This document shows positions 1 through 11,800 of a DNA stretch of 64,000 bases, piece by piece. Source of the DNA: Cyanidioschyzon merolae (lineage: Eukaryota); assembly GCA_000091205.1 (NCBI GenBank), contig AP006490.2; one strand, 5' to 3'. Positions within the stretch are counted from its first letter, which is position 1. The number at the start of each line of letters is the position of its first letter. A model generated the notes under the pieces. That model saw nothing but the letters and a program-made list of their open reading frames with translations, had not been told where the DNA came from and searched no databases. The position numbers were made by a program, and so were the translations under genes.

Positions 1-786
1 ATGATGGACCAGGAGACATGGTTGCCTCCGCGCCTTCGATCGCCGAACATGGGCCTTCGTTTCCACACCCGCGATCTTGCAACCTATGGCGATGAGGCAG
101 CGGAGGATGCACGGGCACTGGCTTCAGCATCATCAGCAGCACATGGTAGCTCGAAAGCGCAGCTACCTCCGGCGTACGTGCTGTCCACAAGCGCACCAGC
201 ATTCGCTCTGCACGAGCGTGCCGGTGACGAGGCGGCTTCGCTGCCTGCTGCAGCCTCCGATGCCACCGCCAGGGAGCAGCGCACGCGCAGACTCGCACGA
301 CCCCGCCAGGACAGCTCCATGATGCAATCGCTCAGTGCGACACTGGAGCAGGCGCTGCAAACCGTCCAAGATTGTCAGCGAATGGAGCGCACGCCCCAGC
401 AGTCGAACGCTCAATGCTCCATCGCCTCCGGTGCGAGCCGCACATTCGTCGAGGGCAATCCAATGCTTGCCAGTTCGCCTGGTATGCTGGCAGACATTGC
501 TGCATGCACATCGAGCGCGCTGTACGATGCCGCATGGAATCCATTCGCCATTGAGGAGGCGGTAGAGCCCACGAACGCCTACATGTTGGGTGACGCTTCA
601 TCCAACATGCCGCACGATCCTGAGATTCCCGAAGACGATGCAGATATCGTGCCACCCGCTGTACCAAAGGCACCGACCACGGCTCTGGACTCAGGCGCTG
701 TGGCTGCGGCGAGCGCACCAGAGCCGGGCGGTTTAGCGAGCAATGTCCGAATATGGCCGTTTGCGGGCCAAGGACGCGGCCACTAA
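1..786 (+). CDS. hypothetical protein, 5'-partial at window edge (may be spurious)
   Basis: Open frame from position 1; Ala/Ser-rich, no recognisable motif; overlaps stop of convergent UTP25 gene by 3 bp. Confidence 0.2.
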   Translation: MMDQETWLPPRLRSPNMGLRFHTRDLATYGDEAAEDARALASASSAAHGSSKAQLPPAYVLSTSAPAFALHERAGDEAASLPAAASDATAREQRTRRLARPRQDSSMMQSLSATLEQALQTVQDCQRMERTPQQSNAQCSIASGASRTFVEGNPMLASSPGMLADIAACTSSALYDAAWNPFAIEEAVEPTNAYMLGDASSNMPHDPEIPEDDADIVPPAVPKAPTTALDSGAVAAASAPEPGGLASNVRIWPFAGQGRGH

Positions 787-2966
787 TCGCAAACGCGTGC
801 ACCGAAAGAAACTGGTGCCGGAAACTCGAACTCGCGACGCAGTTGATTCGCGGTGATGTATGCCATGCGCTGTGATCCGACAATGCGGTGCAACGCCAGG
901 GCATCATCTGGCATGATGAACAGCGTGCATGCTTGTCGGAAACTCGACCCAGAGGCTTCTAAACTCGCAACGAGCTCGGTGTAGAACTGGGGGAATTGAG
1001 GAACTCCGTAGAAGAAGATGTACTGGGAGCCTCGAAGATGATAGCGGCGATAGAAATGGAAACGCTCGGTAACGAGGAGGAAGCGTACGCGCCCTTCGAA
1101 GAAAAGCAGGCGATAGCGACTGATATCCTGAGGTTTGCTGTACTCGGAGCAGGCTGCGAAACTGAGTTTCGAGGCCGGGTAGACCGCTTGCTCTGTCCAT
1201 TTGCGGAAGAGGTTGCGCACCCGCACAAAATCGAAATACGAGGGAATGTAGATTAGAATGTGCGTGTGCGTACTCTGGACAAGTTTCGGTAACCAGTCGT
1301 GGGAAAACGCAGCAAATCGCAGCTCTGCCGCCTCCACCGCCGAAAGTGTGTTCGTTGCAGCGCCTTCGCGTCCCGACCCGGTGCCGTGCGGTGTCGCGAG
1401 CCGGCGGAACACATGACGGACTCGTCTGGGTGCTGGAATATCCGCGATCACCCCAGCGTGCCGTGTTCGAAGTAGTTTTAGCACGCCACTTACATTACCT
1501 TGGTGATCTCTTCGCGCTAGACGGAACCATGCATGGCATTCGGGAAAATCAAATGCCGACAAGAGAATATCCTGGCGGTAGGCCGCAGCGTGGTCTTCAA
1601 GAAAGCGCTGCTCCACTCGTGAAAAGTCTGTCTTTTGCGGCACCTGAGCCGGCATTCTGTTCACGGCCTCTCGCACAACGCGCAGCAAATGGTCCCAGTT
1701 CTGCATGAGCATCATATGCGACCGTAAAATCACCGCGATTTCAATACTGGAAAGTGGATCTGCTGCACCGCCTCGCATGCCGCCCTTGTCGGGATCGTCG
1801 AGCACACGCTGGAGGCCCAGCGGGGACACAACCACAAAGTCAGAGTCCGCGAAATCCGCGAAAAAGTGGAGGGATCGGCGCTCAACGCGAACCCCCAGAC
1901 GAAAGTCATCATCGATATTGCCTTTGAATGCGGCTCGGTGGTCGCGAGGTTTTGCACGCCAATGTCGAGCGCGGCTGGTATCTGCACCTGGATCAGGCAC
2001 CGGTTCCGTAGGCGGCACCAGTAAAGTGTTCGGCTCTTCGGAGACAGTCCCATCGTCTGCGTCGGGTCCGAATGCTCCCTCAAAGCGCTGCGCGTGCCCG
2101 ATCTGCCGTGGGTTCAGGTATCTGAGCACCGCAGACAGGAACGCATACGCTACCTGCCGGGTTGGCGCAAAGACAAGCACTCGAGCGCGACTGAGGCCCC
2201 GGTCACGGTACTGATCCCAGTCGTCGTCGACGACAGACGCACCCGGCCGCTGTGCCAGCTGCACATTGTGCTGCTCCTGTCGCGCCTGTGCCTGCAGAAT
2301 GTGCGCACAAGTGTAGGCCGCAACGATCTCCAGGTGAAGCTGCTCCTCGTCAACGGAATCGATACAAGCAAGCAGAACATCGGCCTTGGTAACGAGAGCT
2401 CGAGCGAAGCACAGACCGCGCTGCAGGAGCAGGTCGCGCTCTCCGTAACGAAAAGGCGCCGAGGCGGCAACGTCCCCGGCACTAGGATCCACCAGTGCCG
2501 CGAGGCGCCGCTGGAGCATGGGCGTAGCCGCCACCAGGTCTGGTATGGAGCATAGTCGACGCTGCGCCTCTTCATAACGTTTTCTGGTGACGTGTCCTTT
2601 CACAGCGGACGCAAAAATGTCCGGTGCATCCCAGGAACGGGCGTGCGCTCCAGTGACTGGCTCCGTGTCCATGCAGTTCGCCTCGCAGCGTTGCCACGTA
2701 AGGGCATCTTCCGTGGCGTCCGCCGCCGTGGGGCTCAAGCTCAGGTGCTCGCGTAGCATCTGGACGCTCAGGTGCTCAGAGGCGCTCTCCGGTGCAGGTC
2801 GCTGGCAAGTCTGGCGATCGGAAACAGACGAGCCTACGGTGTTCGCCTTTGAGGTAACACCACCAGCTTTCGTTGCTGTTTCGAAGGTCAGGGAGTCAGC
2901 TTCGTCGGCGCCGCGCTGATCGCCTACCACGACAGACGCCCGACGCTTCCCCGCTTCGGCGCGCAT
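783..2966 (-). CDS. UTP25: Utp25/DEF-like nucleolar SSU-processome protein (DUF1253)
   Basis: 727-aa ORF with ATG at 2966; motifs 'ILIYIPSYFDFVRVRNLF' and 'LLFFEGRVRFLLVTERFHFYRRY...FFYGVPQFPQFY' typical of Utp25/digestive-organ-expansion-factor family. Confidence 0.6.
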   Translation of the reverse strand: MRAEAGKRRASVVVGDQRGADEADSLTFETATKAGGVTSKANTVGSSVSDRQTCQRPAPESASEHLSVQMLREHLSLSPTAADATEDALTWQRCEANCMDTEPVTGAHARSWDAPDIFASAVKGHVTRKRYEEAQRRLCSIPDLVAATPMLQRRLAALVDPSAGDVAASAPFRYGERDLLLQRGLCFARALVTKADVLLACIDSVDEEQLHLEIVAAYTCAHILQAQARQEQHNVQLAQRPGASVVDDDWDQYRDRGLSRARVLVFAPTRQVAYAFLSAVLRYLNPRQIGHAQRFEGAFGPDADDGTVSEEPNTLLVPPTEPVPDPGADTSRARHWRAKPRDHRAAFKGNIDDDFRLGVRVERRSLHFFADFADSDFVVVSPLGLQRVLDDPDKGGMRGGAADPLSSIEIAVILRSHMMLMQNWDHLLRVVREAVNRMPAQVPQKTDFSRVEQRFLEDHAAAYRQDILLSAFDFPECHAWFRLARRDHQGNVSGVLKLLRTRHAGVIADIPAPRRVRHVFRRLATPHGTGSGREGAATNTLSAVEAAELRFAAFSHDWLPKLVQSTHTHILIYIPSYFDFVRVRNLFRKWTEQAVYPASKLSFAACSEYSKPQDISRYRLLFFEGRVRFLLVTERFHFYRRYHLRGSQYIFFYGVPQFPQFYTELVASLEASGSSFRQACTLFIMPDDALALHRIVGSQRMAYITANQLRREFEFPAPVSFGARVCD

Positions 2967-3103
2967 GGCAGCAAGCGCCCAAAACTAGGCCCTCCTGATA
3001 CCAGGCGCCGCTCACTGGTCCGCAGCACTCCACGAGCAAGAGCTCTGAACGTCGTCTGTGAAACCGCTGCGGTACCAGAAACAACAGCTTCGTAAAATAC
3101 TGC

Positions 3104-3108
3104 TATTG

Positions 3109-3147
<39 letters not shown>
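3104..3147. repeat. (CTG)n microsatellite, about 14 units
   Basis: ctgctgctg... run seen directly upstream of UTP25 start. Confidence 0.9.
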
Positions 3148-3149
<2 letters not shown>

Positions 3150-3842
3150 GCCATCGATCCTGCGTTCGCGAATCGCCACCGAGACGCCGCTGCGGTGACG
3201 TCGGCGGAAGCGCGCTGTCGGCTGGGAGCGTCCACAGGGACACGCACCCGTATCGCCTGGATCGCTATTGGGGAGTGTGGGTCATGGAACTTGGAGATAG
3301 AATGTGGAACGATAGCTGCTTTACCAGTTTCTAATACCAAACGCGCCATCGGAAATCCCCTGGTCTACTTAAACGCTCTTTCTACAATGGAGCGGTGCAC
3401 AAGCATCGCCTGGATCTTTTGGAGCGGCGATTCACTCGCTGGAGACCGCCACCGCCGTCGCGCGCCGGCAGCGCAGGCGTCCCGCGACTCCCGAAACTGC
3501 CTCGTGCGCTACATATTCTTTTGACCAAACGCGGCACTGAACGTCGTTCGAAAGAGGCGTCCTGTTTGACCGCGAACGTCGGGTTCTTGCCAGAACTTTC
3601 TCCCACGCTTAGTAGAACCGCAAAACGCTGTATGAACGCGTTGGTTGCGGTGTGCAGCGAACGCAGCGAGCGAAACTGGCGAACGCTTCGTACGAACATA
3701 GCGCTGGAGCGGGGAGTGCGGGTCTCGAAACTGCCGCGTTACCGGTGGCGATGCGCATGGACTTGCACGTGAACTGCCTGCTTGGAGAATAGACTATCAA
3801 CTACGGCTCTGATAAGAGAGAATCCGTTTCGAGTTTCACGTC

Positions 3843-5717
3843 ATGGAGCTGGGAGGATCTTCCGGACTCGTCAATATCGGAGGCGGTAGTGAAGATGCGC
3901 ACTACCGCTACAAGATGCCTCGCATCATGGGCAAGATTGAGGGCAGGGGGAACGGCATCAAAACAAGAATCGTGAACTGCTCCCAAATTGCCAAGGCGCT
4001 GCACCGGCCGCCGGGGTATATCTGCAAGTTCTTCGGCTGTGAGCTCGGAGCGCAGACCAAGATCAGCGATGATGAAGATGTATACATCGTGAACGGCGCG
4101 CATGATCAGAAACTGTTAGCCGACACGCTTGACAAATTCGTGCGGATGTTTGTTTTGTGTCCAAGCTGCAATATGCCGGAGACGGACCTCGTCATCGATA
4201 AGCGCGGCAACATATACCACGTCTGTAACGCGTGCGGTGCGCAACATCTCGTTGACATGAGCCACCGCGTGACCACCTACATGTTGAACAACCCCCCTGA
4301 TGGCGCTAGATCGAAGAAATCTGGCAAGTCGAAAAAGGAGCGGAAGGAGTCGAAGAAAAAGAAAGGGCACGAAAAAGGCTCAAATGTACACGAGGAGGCA
4401 CCGGATGCGGACGACGCACCTGATTCCGGAACGGACGGCAAAACGAAAAAGAAAAAATCGAGCAAGCGGCGAGATGGGGAAACAGAAGAGGCGTACCGCG
4501 AGCGCCGAGCGGCAGAGAAGGCGGCGCGTCGTCAGGAACGTGCTGCGCAAAAGGCTGGTGCGTCTGCTCCCTGGCACGCAAATGGAACCGAAGCGCTCGT
4601 TGCACCCACGGATTTGGACGCGTTGGCTCAAGAAGCGGAGGCCATGAACGCTGCACTGAATCAGAGACGTCGCCAGACAAATGCTACCGGCCAGGAGGAC
4701 TCTGAGCTGGACGAATCCGGTAGCGGCGATACCAGCCCGAGCTCACCAGCCGCTGCGCAGCCGCATGGATTCCCGTCTGATGCGGCTCAGCGGCACGCTG
4801 GCGATCGCGGCATGCGCACGGCATCCCACAAGTCCGGTGGGCATCTCGAGAGCGATCGCAATGCGTTGCGTCCAAATGGTGACCACCACTACAACGACGA
4901 TGACGACCATGAAGATGATGATGACGACGATGACGACGACGGCGAAGACCCGCAAGCAGACGGCGACTGGACTGCACACGACGATCAGACGACGTCCCAA
5001 ATGAAACTGGCGGCTGCGAGAGCAGCGGCGCTCCTGACCAATGCCGGAGTGAATGGCAACGGGGAATCGCCTCAGCGTGCCGTGAGCAAGACAACGTCGA
5101 AACTGGACGAACTGCACCTCGTCAGTAGCAAAGGAACAGTGCAACGCGCTACCACAGATGTGTCCGTGGACGACGAGAAGCTGGATCGTTTTGAAGCGTG
5201 GCTTCGCCAAGGTCACCATTCTCCCGCGTCCATTGCCAGCGAAGCGCGCAAATATTTCCCGAACGATAGCGCCAGTGCTGCGCAAGCGATCTTTTGTGCT
5301 GTTGTTGCGCACGCCGCGCATCCGGAATGCAGACCCGGAGAATCCCCCGCGCGGCACGCAGTGCACGCAGTCGATGCGCTGCGTGCGCTTTCGCTCAATC
5401 ACGCAGCACAGGCGCGCCTGTTGGATGCGTTCGAGGCATTGGCGGGGGTCGGATCGGACGAGGCGCGCAACCTAGCGCCCTCGGATGTGCAGCGTGGAGC
5501 CAAGCTTAGTCTCCAGAGTCGTCTGAATTCGATACCCCACATCCTGAAACTGTTTTATGATGAGGATATTCTGGATGAACAGGTGATTATCGATTGGTTT
5601 ACTCGGAGATCGCCAGGTTCATCGACCGCGGCGGGCGAGCGGGCACGGGATGCGGCCAAGCCGCTCGTTGAATGGCTGCAGCAACCCAGCGAGGCAGAGG
5701 ACAGTACTGAGGAATAG
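3843..5717 (+). CDS. EIF5: eukaryotic translation initiation factor 5 (eIF5)
   Basis: N-terminal 'YRYKMPRIMGKIEGRGNGIKTRIVN...KFFGCELGAQT...VLCPSCNMPETDL' matches eIF5/eIF2beta-type zinc-binding domain; acidic tract and C-terminal W2-like region; ATG at 3843. Confidence 0.9.
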   Translation: MELGGSSGLVNIGGGSEDAHYRYKMPRIMGKIEGRGNGIKTRIVNCSQIAKALHRPPGYICKFFGCELGAQTKISDDEDVYIVNGAHDQKLLADTLDKFVRMFVLCPSCNMPETDLVIDKRGNIYHVCNACGAQHLVDMSHRVTTYMLNNPPDGARSKKSGKSKKERKESKKKKGHEKGSNVHEEAPDADDAPDSGTDGKTKKKKSSKRRDGETEEAYRERRAAEKAARRQERAAQKAGASAPWHANGTEALVAPTDLDALAQEAEAMNAALNQRRRQTNATGQEDSELDESGSGDTSPSSPAAAQPHGFPSDAAQRHAGDRGMRTASHKSGGHLESDRNALRPNGDHHYNDDDDHEDDDDDDDDDGEDPQADGDWTAHDDQTTSQMKLAAARAAALLTNAGVNGNGESPQRAVSKTTSKLDELHLVSSKGTVQRATTDVSVDDEKLDRFEAWLRQGHHSPASIASEARKYFPNDSASAAQAIFCAVVAHAAHPECRPGESPARHAVHAVDALRALSLNHAAQARLLDAFEALAGVGSDEARNLAPSDVQRGAKLSLQSRLNSIPHILKLFYDEDILDEQVIIDWFTRRSPGSSTAAGERARDAAKPLVEWLQQPSEAEDSTEE

Positions 5718-5999
5718 AGGAAAGCATGACTCCACCGAAAGTGAATGCGAAAAACGGATCTGCAAGGAGCGTAAAACGATTGTCGACGGCTTGATTGCGG
5801 GTCGCGTGTCGCTGGCGCGCATTCCATATCCCGATATCCGTTCCGAGTCCGTGCAAAGCGCTGCGTTTGAGCATGTCATGGAGCGGAAGCGAGACACTTT
5901 TCATTTTGAGGCCGCTTATTCTCGATTCCCTACATAGACGAAGAGCGGTGATTCACGGTCTGTTTAGGTGATCGCGGTCCACGGATCGTCCCGGTCGCG

Positions 6000-8264
6000 C
6001 TAGTGACTGCGTTCGACACCGGCGAGGCGCTCAGCGAGACTGAGCGGACGCGGCGGCAGTACCGGCATCGTGTCGGGCGCCTGCGAGAGACGGGCGTATT
6101 GCTCGCTGTCCAGGCGTTGTTGTTGTTGTTGTTTCTCTTGGGCTTTGCGTTGTTCGCTCTCGCGCTGCTGTCGTGCTTGTTCTTTCTGCGCGAACGCAGC
6201 GGCGGTGGCGGCGAGGCGATCCCTTTGGATGCGACGGTACAAGCTGACTTGTTCACCAAGTCTCGGGATATTGCGTAGGAAATAGTCCTCTGGACGTTTG
6301 CCCGTGCGCGTTTCAAACACATCGACCATGCCGACGTCGTCGATAACGAATTCGGTGTCGTTCGTACCGATATATTCGCTGTCCATCGCAGTGCCAAGCG
6401 CGGGTGATCCGGAAGCAGAGGCGGTTGCGGCGCGATGCCTGAGCAGCGCCCGGTACTTGAGACAGAAAAGCGCAGCGAGCACTTGTTCGGTGCTGTGGTC
6501 CGCAGACCCGCCCAAACCTAGGTATTGTGAGAGCTTCTGTACGTCTATGGTGCGATAGATGCGTAGATAGGAGCTCAGCTGCGCAGGCAGACCTGATTCG
6601 CTCTGTGCAACTTGCTGCAGAAACACCTCACGACAGGTGTTCGCAACGCTCGGTTGCAGAAACTTGGGACACGCATGATTATAAAGTTCTTCGAAAGCAC
6701 TCAGATCGCCCTGTCGTATGCGCGTGGTGCGATCGCCGAGTTTTTCTCTCAGCCAACTGTTCATGGAATCGTCGAGACGGTTCCGCCCTAGGCACTGAGC
6801 TAACGAGAGGAGCGCAAGCATCTGATCAATCCGCTTGTTCACCTGTTCATATTGGAAGGATCGGACGTGGATATGTTTGGTGCGCGTGATGTGCACGATG
6901 GTCGGCTGCAACGCTCTAATCGCCTCCTCGTAGCGTCGAAGCATCAGCGCGCTGAATCCTATGTAGTAGTACACGGCTACATGGCAGGCGGTAACGTGGG
7001 TATGCAGCCGCAAACGGAGGTCTGTTGATTGCATGAGGCTGCCTTCGGTTCCCGCAGGCTCTGCGTTAGCGGCACTGGGGATAGGTTTTTCTCGCGAAGC
7101 CCTGGCAACTGCGGAAATGGTTACAGAGCGAATCCACTCGGTTTCAAATAGTGATGGAGGATCTAAAACTGAAAGCGCCGCGAAGAAATCTCCCGTGGCA
7201 CAGTGCAAGCGTAATAAACCGACCATCGCAAAATAACCGAGGTAGCGATACAGCAGCGAGTCGGCAGCCAGACAGCGTTCAGGGGCGAGTGTACCTAGAT
7301 CCTCATCCGCATCCGTTAGGCTCTGGTCTTCAGAATCGTTGGCCATGTCTTCTTCATCTTCTTCTGCAGCTCCAGGTGCACCGCGAAAGTCTTCAGCATC
7401 ATCCTCGTGGACGCCGATATTGTCAGGGCTCGCCTCCCCAGCTCCGCCCCCGGTATCTTTGGCAGTTTCCTCGGCAGAGTCGCCTCTTGCAGCCGGCGCG
7501 ATGGAGCCCGTAGCGGCTGTCGCTGCGCGTGCGCCCTCTGCTGTTGCTGTTGCTGCTGCTGCGTTATTCACCGATGCAAATGGGTAGTTGTCATCGGGTT
7601 TGGGAGCACCGACCGCTTCTCGCAGCCAGCCGACGATGCCACTCTTCTCTACTAGTGTACTCAGTATCTCTAGAGTTGTTCGGACATTCCACATCGAATT
7701 CATGTTCTCCGTTTCGAGCTCTTCAAGCGTGTGCCCATCTTGGCTTCGGGCGCGATACTGATGGTAGTCCTCAAACTGGTAGAGAAACTCGTCGATCAGA
7801 TCCCAGAGCCAGGAGGCTGGCAGCGCACACTCCTGCAGGTGCCCCTGGGCAAAATGCGCAAACAGAGCAAGATAGTTTGACCACGACTGGGACCTCTGTT
7901 TCAGGGTCGGGTGCAGCCTCATGTGCATATGTCTATATCCCAGTTCTTGGTAAAGCAGCATGAATAGCTCGATGTAACTAGGGGCATGCCCAGCAGCAGC
8001 GTTCGCCGATTCGTCGTCGTCGTCAGCTTCGGTACCGCGCTGCACCTTGGCCTCCAAATCTCGCAGTAGCTCACGCACAACAGATGATTGCGGCAGCAGG
8101 CAACTTTTGTAGAAGCGCTCAGCGATACGCGTGAAGCCACTCTCGTAGAGGCCGTGTACTGCCACGCTGTCACCGTCCACGAACTTGTTATAAAAGTTTA
8201 CCAAGTACTGCGATACCTCTTCGGGGAGCGTTGATTTCCGCGGATCAACGATTGTTTCAACCAT
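6000..8264 (-). CDS. EIF3L: eukaryotic translation initiation factor 3 subunit L (eIF3L), with an acidic insertion
   Basis: 754 aa; 'ALPASWLWDLIDEFLYQFEDYHQYR', 'YLGYFAMVGLLRLHCATGDFFAALSVLD', 'YYYIGFSALMLRRYEEAIRAL', 'CPKFLQP' align with human eIF3L; ATG at 8264. Confidence 0.85.
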   Translation of the reverse strand: MVETIVDPRKSTLPEEVSQYLVNFYNKFVDGDSVAVHGLYESGFTRIAERFYKSCLLPQSSVVRELLRDLEAKVQRGTEADDDDESANAAAGHAPSYIELFMLLYQELGYRHMHMRLHPTLKQRSQSWSNYLALFAHFAQGHLQECALPASWLWDLIDEFLYQFEDYHQYRARSQDGHTLEELETENMNSMWNVRTTLEILSTLVEKSGIVGWLREAVGAPKPDDNYPFASVNNAAAATATAEGARAATAATGSIAPAARGDSAEETAKDTGGGAGEASPDNIGVHEDDAEDFRGAPGAAEEDEEDMANDSEDQSLTDADEDLGTLAPERCLAADSLLYRYLGYFAMVGLLRLHCATGDFFAALSVLDPPSLFETEWIRSVTISAVARASREKPIPSAANAEPAGTEGSLMQSTDLRLRLHTHVTACHVAVYYYIGFSALMLRRYEEAIRALQPTIVHITRTKHIHVRSFQYEQVNKRIDQMLALLSLAQCLGRNRLDDSMNSWLREKLGDRTTRIRQGDLSAFEELYNHACPKFLQPSVANTCREVFLQQVAQSESGLPAQLSSYLRIYRTIDVQKLSQYLGLGGSADHSTEQVLAALFCLKYRALLRHRAATASASGSPALGTAMDSEYIGTNDTEFVIDDVGMVDVFETRTGKRPEDYFLRNIPRLGEQVSLYRRIQRDRLAATAAAFAQKEQARQQRESEQRKAQEKQQQQQRLDSEQYARLSQAPDTMPVLPPRPLSLAERLAGVERSH

Positions 8265-8809
8265 ATTTCCGATTCCTGACTACGATCCGGCAACGGGTGG
8301 CGTGCGAAGAAACCGAGTCGTTATGCTAGGAGCAAACTGATGGAAGCAGAGTTGCCCCAGTGCGTCGAAGTGCGCACAGTCAGGCAACCGAAAAGAACGC
8401 TCTCCAAGGAAACGCGTCTGTAACAGTCTCCGTCTACCCTAGCAACCGACAAACGTTCGCCAGGAACAAGTGCTTGTGAGCGGTATATCGCGAAACTCAG
8501 CGATGAGGCGAAGAGCGCAACGTCGACGTTGACTCCGAAGCATGCATCTCGCAACACGCAGCTCTCCCTGCGGCACATCGCGGCGCGCTACGATCATCCA
8601 AGTGGCAATGCAAGCGGGATCGCGCGGCGCGCGGCATGCCATCGCAGCGTCACGTGACACCTGAGGAAGGAAACGACGGCGCCTGACTCGGAGACGCTGC
8701 TGCATGCGTGCTGCGGCGTTGCTGTCCAAGCACGTGCGTGCAACGCAGTTTGTAGACACGAGGCAAGGCTCCCATAGTCTACCACTGCGGCAACGTTTTC
8801 ACTATCTTC

Positions 8810-11800
8810 ATGAGTGGTGCTTACCCAGGGCGTTACGGTAGTATGAGCCGCGGTGGTGGTACTGGTGGTGGTGGTGGTGGTGGTGGTGGCTACGGTGGTC
8901 ACCGCGGCCGTAACCAACGGTTCGGTTCGCGTTACGGCAGGCCGATCCTCAAGCCCGAGAACGCCCTGAACCGGGCAGAGCAGCTTCTGGCAGTGGGTCA
9001 AAAGTCTGCAGCTCACGAAGCGTTGTACACGTTGATAACTGAGCATACACCGATAAACGTCGGCGGCCGCGAAGCCCAAGCACTCGTCGCCCAGGCGCAA
9101 GCGCAAGCGCAGGCTGCTGCACAGGTGGCTGCGAACGCGGCTGCCGTCGCTCAGGAGCAGGATGAAGGCGGTGCTCGCAGCACAGCTGCTGCAGCTGCAG
9201 CTGCGGCCGCGGCCGCTGCCGCAGCTGCAAGCGCGATCCAGTCGTCAACCTCAGGCTGGAGCAAAGTCCACGAGGGTATCATGATGCGGCTGGTTGAGCT
9301 CAGCGTTGAGCTTCGCCGGCCACTGGCACTCAAGGAATCGCTACACCGTTACCGTGCGCTCTGCGGAGTCGCGAACACTGCTTCCCTTGAAGCCGTTGTG
9401 CTCCATGCAGTGGAGTGCTCTGAGGCGGCGGTGGACGCGGCAAGGACGCTGGCTATGGAGAGTTTCCACGCGAGCGCCGCTGCTCAGAGCCCAATTACGG
9501 AGGACGCTGGAGATGCGGAAGGCGACGGGAATGAACTGATATCCGAGGGCACGGACGACATCGTTGCCGATGAGGTTGCTGACAGCGACGACCGCGGCAA
9601 CGCCACCGACGACGATGCCCAGCCCGCATGGGGCGTTGAGGTGCCCCAAACGCTGCTGCTTGAGGCCAATGGTATGCTTGCGTCTCGCACACGAATAGAG
9701 AGACAGCTGCTCGCACCAACCCTTATGTTCGCATGGGAAGTTTTCCGCATGTGCCTGGATATTCTCAAAAATAATATTCGTGTAGAGAAAGCGTATAATG
9801 AAGTAGCAGAGCGAGCGCTGCTTTTCACGGCAAAGTTCAATCGGGCAACGGAGTTCCGCCGATTATGCGACATTCTTCGGCAGCACATGGCAGGTTTGGT
9901 GCGTACCATTGTGCGCTCGCCGCAGAGCGAGATCGACCAGGTTCATTGGCCGACCGTCCAGCGTATGATTCGGATCCGCTTTCAGCAGGCAGATCAAGCG
10001 ATGGCCAGTGGACACTGGCAGGAGGCCTATCGTACCATGGACGACCTGCATGAACTTTTGCGGATATGTACGCGAGGTCGCAGCCCTGAAATTTTGGCTG
10101 GTTACTTTGAGCGACTCGCAACTATCTTCGAAACGACTGACAATCTACTTCTGCATGCACTTGCGCTTTACAAGTTGTATCTGGTCCGGCAGGCTGCCGC
10201 AGAGGCTCTCCAGAACCAGGATCCGAACCAGGATGCGGACGGGCAGGTTCCAGGACCCTCGTCGGAGACGCCACGAGACACAGCAGTTCGACTTTTGGTG
10301 GCGACGCTTTCCATCCCCGTCAAGGAGCTCTCTGCTCACAGTAAGGTCATGGAAGTCTTCGCCGATGCAGCGACGCTAACGAGCTTTGAGCAGGCGCGTC
10401 AGGCCAAAATGCTAGACCTGTTGCAGTGGCCAAGCGCGGCCTCTGCGGGCTCGAACGAGGCATGGGATCGCTTGATTTCAAATCCAACAAAATCGTGGCT
10501 GATCGGAGAAGTTATATCCAATGGTATTGAGGAGGCGTGCCCTGAAGCGCTTCGCGAATTGTTGTACGAATTCATCGATCCGGGACTGCTCCGCTGGAAG
10601 CAAGCGGGCAAAGCTCGACTTGGAACGCCACAGTCGCTGGCTGCTAAGGCACAGCGCTGGTTCACCAGTATGCATCTTGACGTCGGTTCCGAGGTCGCCG
10701 GAGTTACTGGCTCAGGCGGTGTCGATGGCACCGGTGGCGACTGTACCGGGGCGGGCGCACCCAGCAGCAAACCTGGCCAGAGCGCACGTGCCTCCATGAT
10801 GCCGCTGAGTCGTGCCATCATTGCTGAGCTTTTGTTACGAATCGCTCAGTACTACGACAGTTTCTTGCTGTGGGAGCTTCGCTCTATGGTGAATTTCCTT
10901 CCGTTTGTGCAGGTGCATGCCATCGTGCTCGAATTTCTTCGAGCGGAGCTGGTCCCATTTCGCCTGGATTTCCGAAAGGGTGTCCTCTATCGCTTCTGCA
11001 GAACCATAGAACAGGAGGAGCTGGGCGATGCTCTTTGTCGCATTGCCACGCGCCTGCAAGCAGCGGCTAGCACCATCACACAGCGAGCATCCACAGCGGA
11101 CGAGCATGAGATCCGTATTCTGAACGCCAAAGAGGCAGCATTTCCGTTGGAGCGCTTGGAGAGAGAGCAGCAGCGGCGCGTGACGCAGTTGGAAGTGCTG
11201 CAGTCATTCCTGAAGCAACTGGATGAGGTTGCACAACGCATGGAACGCGAGGAGCAACGCCAAGCGCAGCTTGAGGCCGCAAGACACGCCGAGGAAGAAA
11301 AGCGGCGCCTCGCAGAAGAGGCGCGTCGTCGCGAGCTCGAAGCGATCCGGCGCGAAATGGAAGAGAAAGAGCAGGCTGAATTGCGGCGTCTGAAAGCTGA
11401 AATGGATGCACGCCGAAGAGTCGGCCTCTCAGCGAGTGGTGCAGCGGCTGGGCTTGCGCTGCCCTCAAGTGTTGCTGGGATAGAATCCACCGCCGCCGGA
11501 GCGTCCCTAGGAACCGTTGGTATCGGAGTGGATAGCGTGGGCGGGGCTGGCGGGCCAGCGCGAAGCGTCTGGAGTCGCAGCGGATCCGGGACAGCGGCCG
11601 TGCTTTCCGGTGCTCGTGCAACAAGCGCGCTGCCTGGTGTTGCCGTCGACTCTGTGCCGGGCATCGGTGCCGGTGCAGCAGATGGCTTCACGGCGGTTGG
11701 CGCCGATGCACTGGATCATGACGGTGATCGCCTCAGTCGACAGGAGCTTTTGCAACAGCAGCAGCAGGAGCGTCTCCAGCAACGCAAGATGCTCGAACAA